DNA of 64,000 nucleotides from Macrostomum lignano (lineage: Eukaryota), in the NCBI GenBank assembly GCA_002269645.1, contig NIVC01001156.1, forward strand, positions 124,001 to 188,000. Direction: 5' to 3'. Made by a program: the position numbers and the translations under genes. The notes under the pieces are model-generated. The model worked only from the letters and a program-made list of their open reading frames with translations. It was not told the origin of the DNA and did not search any database. Shown here in pieces: positions 39,996 through 54,470 of this stretch; within the stretch, counting starts at the first letter, position 1; each line of letters opens with the position of its first letter.

Positions 39996-40134
39996 ATGGA
40001 TGGATGGATAAATGGATGGATGGATAGATAGATAGATAGATAGATAAATGGATGGATGGATAAATGGATGGATGGATAGATAGATAGATAGATAGATAAA
40101 TGGATGGATGGATAAATGGATGGATGGATAGATG

Positions 40135-40211
<77 letters not shown>

Positions 40212-40246
40212 ATGGATGGATGGATAAATGGATGGATGGATAGATG

Positions 40247-40302
<56 letters not shown>

Positions 40303-40313
40303 CAGACAGACAG
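39886..40313. repeat. Compound GATA/GGAT/GACA microsatellite
   Basis: Direct reading. Confidence 0.96.
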
Positions 40314-41254
40314 ACGGATTCGTAGTAGGCTGGTAGATTAGTAGGCTAATAGGCAGGTAGCTGCGTGGGTAGATATGCAGCTGAATTAGTAGGCAAGTGG
40401 GTGATGCATCAATCGGTGATGTATTAAGATTTCCACCTGGCCATGCGTGTCAACTGTCTACAAATATATATCCCACACTATATTTATGCTGCGTAAATTT
40501 TGCTATAGAAAAAGTTTCATTTGCGACCTCTTTTTGCTTGTTTCCGCCGAATAATAAGTTGCTTGGGCCGCGGCGCTCGGGATGATGGCTTCCAAAAGCG
40601 GGCAAAAACCCCAAAGCCCGCCTTCGCCGATCCCCGTGCCTGTAGTTTCGCCCTGTCCCGGCCCGGCCGCTGCCCGCCAGTCCTGTGCGCGTACGCTGGG
40701 CGGGAGGGTGGTTGAGATTGGCTGCCACTGAGAGCCGGAGAGAAACCGGTCCAGTCCATGAAGGCCTTCGTCGGCTGCAGACTTTGCCTGCCTTGGTTAT
40801 TGCAGAGTCTTCTTGCAAATGCAGAGAGGGAGGTTTCCTGTCAGTTGTTGCTGCACTCTTGCGTTTTCGCTAGCGGATTGAACATCGCTAGTCCTCTACA
40901 AGGAGCGAACCCTGTGCGGATAAATTTATTCCAAAAATGGGCCTGGCTGGAGCCGCAGTGGCGCACTTTTAACGGCCAAGTTCCAGCGCTGCTCTGGGCC
41001 TCCACTTGCCCTACTTTTAGTAGTCCCGAATTGTGTGTGCTGGCGTCAGCGAATGCATAAATAAATATTCTGCTGCGGCTTCCAGTTTGTAACCTGCCTT
41101 GTAAACAGCAGTCGGGAAACTTCCTGCTTATCTGCAGCTGGCTGCGCACTGATGGCCTGCGTTTTGTTTACACTATTGGATGCGCTTGTCAGTCTGGCCA
41201 TCCTTGCCGCTCTGTGTCCATCTATCAGCTGCTATTGAGTGTGCTTTCATTGTG

Positions 41255-41283
41255 TGTCTGTCTGCCCATCTGTGTCTGTCTGC

Positions 41284-41323
<40 letters not shown>

Positions 41324-41402
41324 CATCTGTGTGTCTGTCTGTCTGTCTGTGTGTCTGTCTGTCTGCTGTCTGTCTGTCTGTCTGTCTGTCTGTCCATCTG
41401 TG

Positions 41403-41447
<45 letters not shown>

Positions 41448-41449
41448 GC

Positions 41450-41485
<36 letters not shown>

Positions 41486-41688
41486 CATCTGTGTGTCTGT
41501 CTGTCTGTCTGTCTGTCTTTCTGTCTGTCAGTCTGTCTGTCTGTCTGTCTGCTGTCTGTCTGTCTGTCTGTCTTTCTGTCTGTGTGTCTGTGTGTCTGTC
41601 TGTCTTTCTGTCTGTGTGTCTGTGTGTCTGTCTGTGTGTCTGTCTGTGTCTGTCTGCCCATCTCTGTCGTCTGTCTGTCTGTCTGTCA
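41255..41688. repeat. (GTCT)n microsatellite
   Basis: Direct reading. Confidence 0.95.
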
Positions 41689-42058
41689 CCAATTTATCAA
41701 GAGACTAGCATTAAGAAAGCTTTGAAAATCACAAATAGTCTTCGAACAGTGCAAAACTTTCGCTTTATTTCCAGGGAATTTGAAAGTCGCAATAAAATCA
41801 TTTTATAAAACCGGTGAGGTGGTAAATAATGGCGCAATATTAAAAATGAATATCAATATAGTCCATATTTTTACACTACTTGTAGTAGATGTTGAACCAG
41901 CATGCCGGAGATACGCAGAGTGAGCACTGTATGAGCATCGCATGTCAGCCAGCGCAGTATTTTAGGCTTATTTTGTGTCTAATTGCGACTTACTACTCAA
42001 TTTGAATTCAGTAGTTTATAACGGAGTTTTTCCCCTATTTATGTCAATCATTAAACAG

Positions 42059-42964
42059 AGCCTGAAGGTGCAGAGCATGGCCAACAAGATCATGTCGGAT
42101 TTGATCGCGCACTACTCTGACGTGTTCGAGCCAGCGCCGCAGGCCAAGCTGCCCCGCATGGTCACCGTGAAGGAGTGCTCAGGCAGCGGCGGCGCTGGAA
42201 ACAGTCCGAGCCTGCGCCGACTCTCCGCCGGCAGCACTGGCGGCGGCGGCGGCGGCGGTCACTCCATGACGAACAACAACAGCAGCCACAGCAGCTCATC
42301 AGAGTCGGCGGCGGTCGCGCTCAGGTCAGGCGGTCCCCAGCCGAAACCTAGGAACTCGCTGCAGCCAACCCTGTCGGCGTCGACTCCGGCCTCCGCCTCG
42401 GCCGGTGCCGCCGGCGGCGCCTCCATGGTGTCGTCATCGAGGGTGTCTCTGGTGGACGACGAGCCGTCTTCCTACAGCGAGTCGCCCCGGTTTCCCCAGC
42501 AACAACAGCAGCAGCAGCTGGCGGCCCAGCAGCAGCAGCAGTTGGGCTTGCTGCAGCAGCCCGGCGGCAGCCTGAGCCGCGCCATTCGAGCGGCCGTGGC
42601 CAGCCATCTGTTTGGCGCCGCTGCCGACGAGGACGCCGACGACGATGGAGACGAGGATGATGACGACGTCGAGGAGTTGCCGCGGGACGGCGGTAGCAGC
42701 GGCGGCGGCGGCGGCCCAGATGAGGAGGAGGAGTCGGAGCGGACGCTGACGCCAAAGGCGACACCCAGCCCGGCTGTGCCGCGGTTGGACCTCAGCCAGC
42801 TGACTGCGGGCGGGCCGGCGGCGGCGGCGACTGGGACTGGGGCGTCCGCGTCTTCCGCTGGCGCGCCCGGAGCTTCGGGTTCGACATCGGTGGAGGCCAG
42901 GCGGTCAGTCTACGATAATGTTGGCAGCCTGCAGAGACCGGCAAGTGCTGGGAAGAGTGCCTGG
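42059..42964 (+). CDS. FAM13: FAM13-family RhoGAP exon 2
   Basis: AAACAG acceptor; SLKVQSMANKIMSDLIAHYSDVFE completes the GAP domain; low-complexity G/S/Q/D tracts follow; GTAATC donor, phase 0. Confidence 0.85.
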
Positions 42965-43016
42965 GTAATCGGGTCTTTGTTTTTTATATCAAGCCGCTCG
43001 TGCTCTTGAAGACATT

Positions 43017-45328
43017 TTAGAGCCAGAATCGCCATCAGTGACTTTAGAATCGCCATCAGTGACTTTAGAATCGCCATCAGTGACTTTAGAATCGCCATCA
43101 ATGACTTTAGAATCGCCATCAGTGACTTTAGAATCGCCCTCAGTGACTCTTTAGAATCGCCCTCAGTGACTCTTTAGAATCGCCATCAGTGACTTTAGAA
43201 TCGCCATCAGTGACTTTAGAATCGCCATGAGTGACTTTAGAATCGCCATCAGTGACTGTTTAGAATCGCCATCAGTGACTGTTTAGAATCGCCATCAGTG
43301 ACTGTTTAGAATCGCCCTCAGTGACTTTAGAATCGCCATGAGTGACTCTTTAGAATCGCCATCAGTGACTGTTTAGAATCGCCCTCAGTGACTTTAGAAT
43401 CGCCATGAGTGACTCTTTAGAATCGCCATCAGTGACTTTAGAATCGCCCTCAGTGACTCTTTAGAATCGCCATGAGTGAGTCTTTAGAATCGCCATCAGT
43501 GACTCTTTAGAATCGCCATCAGTGACTTTAGAATCGCCATGAGTGACTTTAGAATCGCCATGAGTGACTCTTTAGAATCGCCATCAGTGACTCTTTAGAA
43601 TCGCCATCAGTGACTTTAGAATCGCCATGAGTGACTTTAGAATCGCCATGAGTGACTCTTTAGAATCGCCATCAGTGACTTTAGAATCGCCATCAGTGAC
43701 TTTAGAATCGCCATGAGTGACTTTAGAATCGCCATCAGTGACTGTTTAGAATCGCCCTCAGTGACTTTAGAATCGCCATGAGTGACTCTTTAGAATCGCC
43801 ATCAGTGACTGTTTAGAATCGCCCTCAGTGACTTTAGAATCGCCATGAGTGACTCTTTAGAATCGCCATCAGTGACTTTAGAATCGCCATCAGTGACTTT
43901 AGAATCGCCATGAGTGACTTTAGAATCGCCATGAGTGACTCTTTAGAATCGCCATCAGTGACTTTAGAATCGCCATGAGTGACTTTAGAATTGCTCTCAG
44001 TGACTTTAGAATCGCCCTCAGTGACTCTTTAGAATCGCCATGAGTGAGTCTTTAGAATCGCCATCAGTGACTCTTTAGAATCGCCATCAGTGACTTTAGA
44101 ATCGCCATGAGTGACTTTAGAATCGCCATGAGTGACTCTTTAGAATCGCCATCAGTGACTCTTTAGAATCGCCATCAGTGACTTTAGAATCGCCATGAGT
44201 GACTTTAGAATCGCCATGAGTGACTCTTTAGAATCGCCATCAGTGACTTTAGAATCGCCATCAGTGACTTTAGAATCGCCATGAGTGACTTTAGAATCGC
44301 CATGAGTGACTCTTTAGAATCGCCATCAGTGACTTTAGAATCGCCATGAGTGACTTTAGAATTGCTCTCAGTGACTTTAGAATCGCCCTCAGTGACTCTT
44401 TAGAATCGCCATGAGTGAGTCTTTAGAATCGCCATCAGTGACTCTTTAGAATCGCCATCAGTGACTCTTTAGAATCGCCATCAGTGACTCTTTAGAATCG
44501 CCATCAGTGACTTTAGAATCGCCATCAGTGACTTCAGAATCGCCATGAGTGACTTTAGAATTGCTCTCAGTGACTTTAGAATCGCCCTCAGTGACTCTTT
44601 AGAATCGCCATGAGTGAGTCTTTAGAATCGCCATCAGTGACTCTTTAGAATCGCCATCAGTGACTTTAGAATCGCCATCAGTGACTTCAGAATCGCCATG
44701 AGTGACTTTAGAATTGCTCTCAGTGACTTTAGAATCGCCCTCAGTGACTCTTTAGAATCGCCATGAGTGAGTCTTTAGAATCGCCATGAGTGAGTCTTTA
44801 GAATCGCCATCAGTGACTCTTTAGAATCGCCATCAGTGACTCTTTAGAATCGCCATCAGTGACTTTAGAATTGCTCTCAGTGACTTTAGAATCGCCCTCA
44901 GTGACTCTTTAGAATCGCCATGAGTGAGTCTTTAGAATCGCCATGAGTGAGTCTTTAGAATCGCCATCAGTGACTCTTTAGAATCGCCATCAGTGACTCT
45001 TTAGAATCGCCATCAGTGACTTTAGAATCGCCATGAGTGACTCTTTAGAATCGCCATGAGTGACTGTTTAGAATCGCCATGAGTGACTGTTTAGAATCGC
45101 CATCAGTGACTTTAGAATCGCCATGAGTGACTCTTTAGAATCGCCATCAGTGACTTTAGAATCGCCATGAGTGACTGTTTAGAATCGCCATGAGTGACTG
45201 TTTAGAATCGCCATGAGTGACTGTTTAGAATCGCCATGAGTGACTGTTTAGAATCGCCATCAGTGACTGTTTAGAATCGCCATCAGTGACTGTTTAGAAT
45301 CGCCATCAGTGACTGTTTAGAATCGCCC
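43017..45328. repeat. 21/23-bp satellite (TTTAGAATCGCCATCAGTGAC and variants), ~2.3 kb
   Basis: Direct reading; fills almost all of FAM13 intron 2. Confidence 0.98.
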
Positions 45329-45467
45329 TCCGAATGGTTTAAGAACCGCACTTATCAGTTAATTTTATTCTTGTCAGTCATTTATGTACAAAGTGATCCG
45401 ATATTCCTATTATACTATCCACTTTCTAAGTAACATAAACGCATCTTACACTCCATTTTCACTTTAG

Positions 45468-46166
45468 CATTCGTCGCACGAGCAGCAGCAGCAGACATCG
45501 GCCGGCCAGTCCACCTTGGCCAAAGTGTCCGAGAACACTTCGTCCACATCGACTTCGTCCACAACCGGACACCATCACCATCATCACCATCACCATCTGC
45601 ACCAGCATCAGCACCACCAGAATCACAACTCCCGCCATCATTCTGGCTCAGCTTCGGCTTCTGAGCAGCAGCAGCTGCCAATGCCGGCTGCTCAGGCTTC
45701 TGCCTCAGTTGCCGACGACCTTCAGCAGCAACAGCAGCAGCAGCCGTCGGTCCGCCAGCTTCAGCGCACCGTCCAGTCGTTGACCCGCCGACTTAACGAC
45801 CTGGAGAGCCGCTTCCTGGCCGAGCGCGGCCGCCGGCCCGACCGCGAGGATCGAGCCCGGGACCCCGAGCTGGGCGACGCCCACGCCCGGCTGCAGGCCG
45901 CCAAACGGCAGCTGAAAGCGGCTAAGGCGGCGTCAGTGTCGGCGTCGGCGTCGGCGTCGGCTTCAGCGTCGGCGTCTGCCGCAGTCACCTCGCTGACGAC
46001 TGCCGACGACTGGACCGCCGCTACGGCCGCTTCGCCGACGTCCGAGACTCCGCAGTCGGCCAGTCTGCCGACCGCGCACACGCCGCTGTCCGCCCACAGC
46101 GTCACCGACTACACGCCTCCGTCCACCGCCAACACCGCCGTCACGGCGCTCAGATCCGACCAGCCG
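45468..46166 (+). CDS. FAM13: FAM13-family exon 3
   Basis: CTTTAG acceptor, phase 0; FAM13-like coiled repeat LQRTVQSLTRRLNDLESRFLAERGRRPDREDR; GTGCGT donor. Confidence 0.85.
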
Positions 46167-46285
46167 GTGCGTTGATTTCTTAGAAAATGTGACCTCAAAT
46201 TTCAAGGGATTGTTCCTAATAGCCTCTGAGATGTGTGATCATGTGGTACTACTCAACTGAAAATGCGGTTTGTGTAACATTGCAG

Positions 46286-46339
46286 GACAGCAACCGGGTT
46301 AGAAGATCAAGTGCGGCAGCCTCGGGCAGTGCCAGTAAT
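46286..46339 (+). CDS. FAM13: FAM13-family 54-nt small exon (possibly alternative)
   Basis: TTGCAG acceptor and GTAAGT donor; frame-preserving; DSNRVRRSSAAASGSASN. Confidence 0.6.
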
Positions 46340-46459
46340 GTAAGTAGTGTGTCCTTGTCTGCTTTTTGTGTCTTGTCTGACTTCAACTGGCTTTGAATGT
46401 TTACTAATGATGCTATACTTATTAGTGCATTAATTTGTCCTAATGAGACAATGATTTTG

Positions 46460-47055
46460 TCCTAATGGGGATCTAGAATGTGTCCTAATGGGGCACTAGA
46501 ATGTTTCCTAATGGGGCACTAGAATGTGTCCTAATGGGACACTAGAATGTGTCCTAAAGGAACACTAGAATGTGTCCTAAAGGGGCACTAGAATGTGTCC
46601 TAAAGGAACACTAGAATGTGTCCTAATGGGGCACTAGAATGTGTCCTAAAGGGGCACTAGAATGTGTCCTAATGGGGCACTAGAATGTGTCCTAAAGGGG
46701 CACTAGAATGTGTCCTAAAGGGGCACTAGAATGTGTCCTAAAGGGGCACTAGAATGTGTCCTAAAGGAGCACTAGAATGTGTCCTAATGAGGCACTAGAA
46801 TGTGTCCTAATGGGGCACTAGAATGTGTCCTAAAGGGGCACTAGAATGTGTCCTAAAGGGGCACTAGAATGTGTCCTAAAGGGGCACTAGAATGTGTCCT
46901 AAAGGGGCACTAGAATGTGTCCTAAAGGGGCACTAGAATGTGTCCTAAAGGGGCACTAGAATGTGTCCTAAAGGGGCACTAGAATGTGTCCTAAAGGGGC
47001 ACTAGAATGTGTCCTAAAGGGGCACTAGAATGTGTCCTAAAGGGGCACTAGAATT
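46460..47055. repeat. 23-bp minisatellite (CTAGAATGTGTCCTAAAGGGGCA)
   Basis: Direct reading. Confidence 0.96.
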
Positions 47056-47137
47056 TCGAATCCATTCTCAAAAGTGCAGCTTCATCAGCGTGCATTGAGA
47101 TGTGCTTTTCCCAACCCCCCCCCAAACCCCGCTCCAG

Positions 47138-47580
47138 CATCACTCCGATCATCATCAGCATCAGCAGCCGCAGCAGCAGCAGCAGCAAGCGGCGCCCTCA
47201 GCCACAGAGGACACATACTACACTCTCATCAGCCGCCTGGAGGAGAAGCGACGCCAGGCCAACCGTCCAGAGGCGCTGGACCGCATGGACTCGCGGCAGA
47301 TCGCCGACGAGAAGCTGGCGCTGCAGAAGGCGCTGCTGCTGTACGAGAATCTGCACGGCCGGCCCAGCACCAAACGGGACAAGGAGCTGATCAGGCCGCT
47401 GTACGATCGCTACAGGCAGGTCAAGAAGCTGCTGGCCAGAGCCGACGGCGGCGCTGGCGATGGGGACGGCGCCGACGAGGGCGCGGTGGGGGGCGGCGGC
47501 GGACTGGGCAGTACGAATAACTATGCTACTATTAGTATTCCGTCTGGCGGCTACGACTGGTCCGCTGGCGATGGGGCGAG
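47138..47580 (+). CDS. FAM13: FAM13-family exon 5 (conserved C-terminal domain)
   Basis: RLEEKRRQANRPEALDRMDSRQIADEKLALQKALLLYENLHGRP...PLYDRYRQVKKLL, the FAM13A/B/C signature; GTGAGC donor, phase 2. Confidence 0.92.
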
Positions 47581-47599
47581 GTGAGCCACGATCAGTTCG

Positions 47600-47945
47600 A
47601 CTGCAGATCCCCTCAGTCCTTCAGGATCTCAAATCCCCTCAGTCCTTCAGGATCTCAGATCCCCTCAGTCCTTCAGGATCTCCTACAGATCCCCTCAGTC
47701 CTTCAGGATCTCCTACAGATCCCCTCAGTCCTTCAGGATCTCAAATCCCCTTAGTCCTTCAGGATCTCCTACAGATCCCCTCAGTCCTTCAGGCTCTCCT
47801 GCAGATCCCCTCAGTCCTTCAGGCTCTCCTGCAGATCCCCTCAGTCATTCAGGCTCCCTGGCAGATCCCTCAGTCCTTCAGGCTCTCAGATCACCTCAGT
47901 CCTTTAGGATCGCCTGCAGATCCCCTCAGTCCTTCAGGCTCCCCT
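47600..47945. repeat. ~30-bp minisatellite (CAGATCCCCTCAGTCCTTCAGGATCTC core)
   Basis: Direct reading. Confidence 0.9.
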
Positions 47946-48015
47946 CGAATCCCCTCGAATCCACTTGAATCCTCCCCTTCAGTCTCTCTCAAGCACAATT
48001 TTCTAAAAATTCCAG

Positions 48016-48299
48016 AGCCGCTGGCGGCGCCGCCAGACCCAGCCGGGCCGGCAGCAGCGACTTCCTGGTGACGCAGGACTTCAGCCTGCTGCGCCAGACC
48101 GCCGCTGCGCCCGCTGCCGGGCCTCCGTTAGCGCCGGCAGCCTCAAGACAGACTCCTTCCTCTGGCGCTTCAGCGGCCTCCGCTGCCGCCACCAACAACC
48201 TGGCGCTGCTAACTGAGGAGATCCGCCTGACCAAGGAGGAGAAGTACAAACTGCAGAAACTGCTCAAGACGTTTGAGCACGACTTTGAGAGCCAGACTG
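48016..48299 (+). CDS. FAM13: FAM13-family exon 6
   Basis: TTCCAG acceptor, phase 2; EEKYKLQKLLKTFEHDFESQTG; GTGAGT donor, phase 1. Confidence 0.9.
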
Positions 48300-48339
48300 G
48301 TGAGTGTGCGCCTGCTTTTGGGTGAGAATGACACTGAAA

Positions 48340-49255
<916 letters not shown>

Positions 49256-49651
49256 GAAACTACGGCGTAGTGGCAGAAAGGAATCTGGCACTCAGGCAGC
49301 TGCTCACTCTGCCAGTATTTTGAACCCCATGTCCATAGCCTCAAGATTCAGATGCAGGCTTAAATTAGCAGTTATAAGTCTCTGAATCATATAGCCATCA
49401 GACTTAAAAGCGTTTCAATGTCAGCATCGAGGCCCACCAAAGTTCCCCATGTAGTTTAAGAGCTTTAGCTCCGGCTTTCAAATTGTAAAAATTGTTTGCT
49501 ATTGACCAGCTGCGGGCGCCTTGCTGCAATTTGTCACCTTATTTGCACTTATGCTTCGGCACTCTTGTCTGGGTCATTCCGTATGTCGGAATTCGAATGC
49601 AGTTTTTAGCTTGCATGGGATTTGTAATGTGGGATTTCAAGGTCTTGCTGA

Positions 49652-49908
49652 TAGGATTTCTGATGTGCCACTTTTGAGTGTGGGATTTCTGATGTGCCAG
49701 TTTTGAGTGTGGGATTTCTGTTGTGCCATTTTTGAGTGTGGGATTTCTGATGTGCCAGTTTTGAGTGTGGGATTTCTGATGTGCCACTTTTGAGTGTGGG
49801 ATTTCTGTTGTGCCATTTTTGAGTGTGGGATTTCTGATGTGCCATTTTTGAGTGTGGGATTTCTGATGTGCCATTTTTGAGTGTGGGATTTCTGATGTGC
49901 CATTTTTG
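49652..49908. repeat. 29-bp minisatellite (TTTTGAGTGTGGGATTTCTGATGTGCCA+N)
   Basis: Direct reading; about 9 copies. Confidence 0.93.
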
Positions 49909-50534
49909 GTGCTGATGCTAATGCTATCGTTTCGAATGTGCTGCTGCTGTCAGCGCCTGCTGCTTGGACATTGTAGAAACATAAAGTAAAATTAAGCCAG
50001 AGACCCGTATGATTTATGGCCTGACAGTAATAGAGCTGGCAGAAAAGTTAGGCCAAAGCAGTGCTTTCTTGTGAAGCCCGGCCTTCCTCGGTAATATTCG
50101 GATTTTATATTCTCTGCTAAATCCGCAGTCCATGAGTGCTTTGATAATGACTGCAGGGACATTCCCATGGGGATTTCTGGGCATGGGAGGATTCCGTGGG
50201 CGGAACTGGATTAAAGGGATGCAGGAATTCAAGCCCCCCCCCTAATGCAGTTCTAGCGAGTAATCTTACCTGTCCGTTCTGCAAACTTTCATGTTGTGGC
50301 TAATTAATAAAGCTATAAGCTCAGCTGAAAATCGCTCTGCTGAGGCACTAGGGGGGTCAGTCAGGTTCTGACAGGCTTAGCTTTTGTTCCCATTGCAGTT
50401 AAATTGCTGCTTAAGTGACATTTTTTGTTATTCAAATATTAGAGGGCTTCATTAAGTGAGAAATTTCATGCTAAAAAATCCACTGGTCTATTTAGAAACT
50501 AGCGCAGGGTTTTCTGTATTCTTTCTATACATAT

Positions 50535-50735
50535 CCTCTTTATTTCTCTAGTTTTTTGTTTTCGATACATATCGGCTGTATTTCTCTAGTTTTATATTTT
50601 TCGATACATATCGGCTTTATTTCTCTAGTTTTATATTTTTCGATACATATCGTCTTTATTTCTCTAGTTTTGTGTTTTTCGATACATATCGGCTTTATTT
50701 CTCTAGTTTTGTATTTTTCGATACATATCGGCTTT
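50535..50735. repeat. 39-bp tandem repeat, ~5 copies
   Basis: Unit TTTATTTCTCTAGTTTTATATTTTTCGATACATATCGGC, containing the CGATA-CA-TATCG palindrome. Confidence 0.92.
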
Positions 50736-50782
50736 TTAGCTCGTGAAACCACTGAAATGACACATGTCTCTCCACTCCGCAG

Positions 50783-50898
50783 GTCACAAGATGGCCAAAG
50801 TGGACCGCCTGCCAATGCAAGCCGAGTACAATCGATACAAAAATCTGAAGTCCAAATTGAAACGCCTCGAGCAGCAGCTGAGCCAGGCCACTCTGTAG
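50783..50898 (+). CDS. FAM13: FAM13-family terminal exon
   Basis: CCGCAG acceptor, phase 1; GHKMAKVDRLPMQAEYNRYKNLKSKLKRLEQQLSQATL* matches the FAM13 C-terminus. Confidence 0.92.
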
Positions 50899-51824
50899 AT
50901 TAACCCCTCCCTCCCCTGAGAGCCCGTGACCCCTTGTTTCTCTGCATCATTGACTTTCTTAAAGTATTAATTTTTTACCTAGTACTATCGGACTCAAATT
51001 TCATCCGCCACGTTTTTTATAAATCGCAATCTGAATTTATATATAGAATAAATATATAAATCGTAGTTCTCCCGTCATATACTACTTTTTGACTACTAAT
51101 TTAGTTAATCGCCTCGTAAATGTATTTAAAATTTTTATTCTACTGTAAAAAATGGCAATCAGTTATAATTCACCCTTCCAGCACCGATCAACTACTTGCA
51201 GTAGTATCAACTCCCGCTTTTTATACGAGTACGAAGCACAGTAGAGTAAAGTAACCGTGGAATTTTTATTTGTATTTCTGTTTCGGTTTTCTTCTTTCGA
51301 ATCGCTAAATTAACCTGACGTCTTTCAGTATTGCTGCCCGCACCCGCCTGAATGCAGTTCGCTTCCAGGTAAAAAATAGTTTCGGATCGACTGAACAGCC
51401 ATACAGCAGGTACAAAGTGGGAGAATAAGTTGTCTTGCTGTTATCTTCACCTCCGTCCCCCCTCTGTCCCTCAGCAACTCTTGGCGCTGCTTTTTTTATT
51501 GCTGCTTTTTCTGCTTCGCACCTGGTCAGGCCGGTTGCTATGCAGTCTCTGCCCGTCCCATTGCTTGTCCTCTCGCTGCTGCTGCATGTAGCTTTGTTTT
51601 GCTTTGTTTCGCTTCAGTCTGTTTCCACTTTTGTTGGTGTGCTTACAGTGTCTTCTCTGCTTTTAGTTCAGTTTGGTTCGGGCTTGAGTCTCTCTGTGCT
51701 CGGCTCTGCGTCTCGGAACTCTCTTCTGCTTTTGCTGCTGCTGCGGCGAACTCCTGCTTGACGACTGCTATGGGGTGCGGCCTGCTGTTGAATGTCAAGC
51801 TGGATGCCTCCTATCTCTGCTGCG

Positions 51825-52210
51825 CCCCCCTCTCCCTCTCCTCTCCCTTCTCCCTCTCTCCCTCTCTCCTCCCTCTCTCTCCCTCTCCTCTCCCTCTCCC
51901 TCTCCTCTCCCCTCTCCTCTCCTCTCTCCCTTCTCCTCTCCTCTCCCCTCTCCCTCTCCTCTCCTCTCTCCCCTCTCCTCTCCTCCCTCTCCTCTCTCCC
52001 TCTCTCCTCTCCTCTCTCCTCTCTCCCTCTCTCCTCTCCTCTCCCCTCTCCCTCTCCCTCTCCTCTCTCCCCTCTCCTCTCTCCCCTCTCCTCTCTCCCC
52101 TCTCTCTCTCCCTCTCCTCTCTCCTCTCTCCCCTCTCTCTCCCCTCCTCTCCCCTCTCCTCTCTCCTCTCCTCTCTACCCTCTCCCCCTCTCCCCTCTCC
52201 TCTCCCCTAC
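51825..52210. repeat. CT-rich polypyrimidine low-complexity tract
   Basis: Direct reading. Confidence 0.92.
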
Positions 52211-52767
52211 TTTTTCCCTGCAAAATTTAAACGGGCCTCACCTCTAAGCCGACAGACTAACGGAGTTTTTGGCCTCTTTGACTTGGATTTTTTGTTTAAT
52301 CTGCCTCCGACACCGTCGCTGATGCTGGCAGCGAACTGCTCTCATGTTCATAAAGCTTGAGCCTGGCCTCTGATTTGCTTTTATTAACAACATGACCTGA
52401 TGAGCTCTAATTGCCTACTTTTCCCTTCATGAAGTCACGGATCCTCTTCGTCGTAAATTAAAGTTGTTAAAAATGTTCAAAATTGATGCACTGAGAACTG
52501 ATTGATTGATTGACACTTTCTTGTATGTAAATTCTGGTAGACTTTTAGATTCAACCGCTTCGATTATAATATGATGCATGTTATTATTATATGTACAAGC
52601 CGCCGCTAAATAAATATGAATTGCTTTTGCAAACTGAATGGTTTTCTTAGTGTTCAAAGCCATCATATTTGTTTATGCAATAATTTAGCATTCACACAGT
52701 GCAACTCGGTGTGCTCACAGCTGTTTAGTGAGTTTTTTATGTTCACATGATAACTATTGGTCACGGG

Positions 52768-54470
52768 GCCCACCATTGTACACACACACTCTGTCCCACA
52801 GCCCACCATTGTACACACACACTCTGTCCACAGCCCACCATTGTACACACACACTCTGTCCACAGCCCACCATTGTACACACACACTCTGTCCCACAGCC
52901 CACCATTGTACACACCCACTCTGCCCACAGCCCACCATTGTACACACACACTCTGTCCACAGCCCACCATTGTACACACACACTCTGTCCACAGCCCACC
53001 ATTGTACACACACACTCTGTCCACAGCCCACCATTGTACACACACACTCTGTCCACAGCCCACCATTGTACACACACACTCTGTCCACAGCCCACCCTTG
53101 TACACACCCACTCTGTCCCACAGCCCACCCTTGTATACACCCACTCTGCCCACAGCCCACCCTTGTACACACCCACTCTGCCCACAGCCCACCCTTGTAC
53201 ACACCCACTCTGTCCCACAGCCCACCCTTGTACACACCCACTCTGTCCCACAGCCCACCCTTGTACACACCCACTGCCCACAGCCCACCCTTGTACACAC
53301 CCACTCTGTCCCACAGCCCACCCTTGTACACACCCACTCTGTCCCACAGCCCACCCTTGTACACACCCACTCTGCCCACAGCCCACCCTTTGTATACACC
53401 CACTCTGCCCACAGCCCACCCTTGTACACACCCACTCTGTCCCACAGCCCACCCTTGTACACACCCACTCTGCCCACAGCCCACCATTGTACACACCCAC
53501 TCTGCCCACAGCCCACCCTTGTACACACACACTATCCCACAGCCCACCCTTGTACACACCCACTCTGCCCACAGCCCACCCTTGTACACACCCACTCTGC
53601 CCACAGCCCACCCTTGTACACACCCACTCTGTCCCACAGCCCACCCTTGTACACACCCACTCTGTCCCACAGCTCACCCTTGTACACACCCACTCTGCCC
53701 ACAGCCCACCCTTGTACACACCCACTCTGCCACAGCCCACCATTGTACACACCCACTCTGCCCACAGCCCACCCTTGTACACACACACTCTATCCCACAG
53801 CCCACCCTTGTACACACCCACTCTGTCCCACAGCCCACCCTTGTACACACCCACTCTGCCCACAGCCCACCCTTGTACACACCCACTCTGTCCCACAGCC
53901 CACCCTTGTACACACCCACTCTGTCCCACAGCCCACCCTTGTACACACCCACTCTGTCCCACAGCCCACCCTTGTACACACCCACTCTGTCCCACAGCCC
54001 TCCATTGTACACACCCACTCTGTCCCACAGCCCTCCATTGTATACACCCACTCTGTCCCACAGCCCACCCTTGTACACACCCACTCTGTCCCACAGCCCA
54101 CCCTTGTACACACCCACTCTGTCCCACAGCCCACCCTTGTACACACCCACTCTGTCCCACAGCCCACCCTTGTACACACCCACTCTGCCCACAGCCCACC
54201 CTTGTACACACCCACTCTGTCCCACAGCCCTCCATTGTATACACCCACTCTGTCCCACAGCCCACCCTTGTACACACCCTTGTACACACCCACTCTGTCC
54301 CACAGCCCACCCTTGTACACACCCACTCTGTCCCACAGCCCTCCATTGTACACACCCACTCTGTCCCACAGCCCTCCATTGTACACACCCCTCTGTCCCA
54401 CAGCCCACCCTTGTACACATCTGTCCTCACACCCACTCTGTCCCACAGCCCTCCATTGTACACACCCCTC
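52768..54470. repeat. ~32-33-bp satellite (CACAGCCCACCCTTGTACACACCCACTCTGTCC), ~1.7 kb
   Basis: Direct reading; source of the 500-670-aa spurious ORFs. Confidence 0.97.

Noticed and set aside
43017-45328. 21/23-bp repeats as a CRISPR-like array
   Set aside because: No spacers; variation is point or indel variants of a single monomer inside a spliced intron
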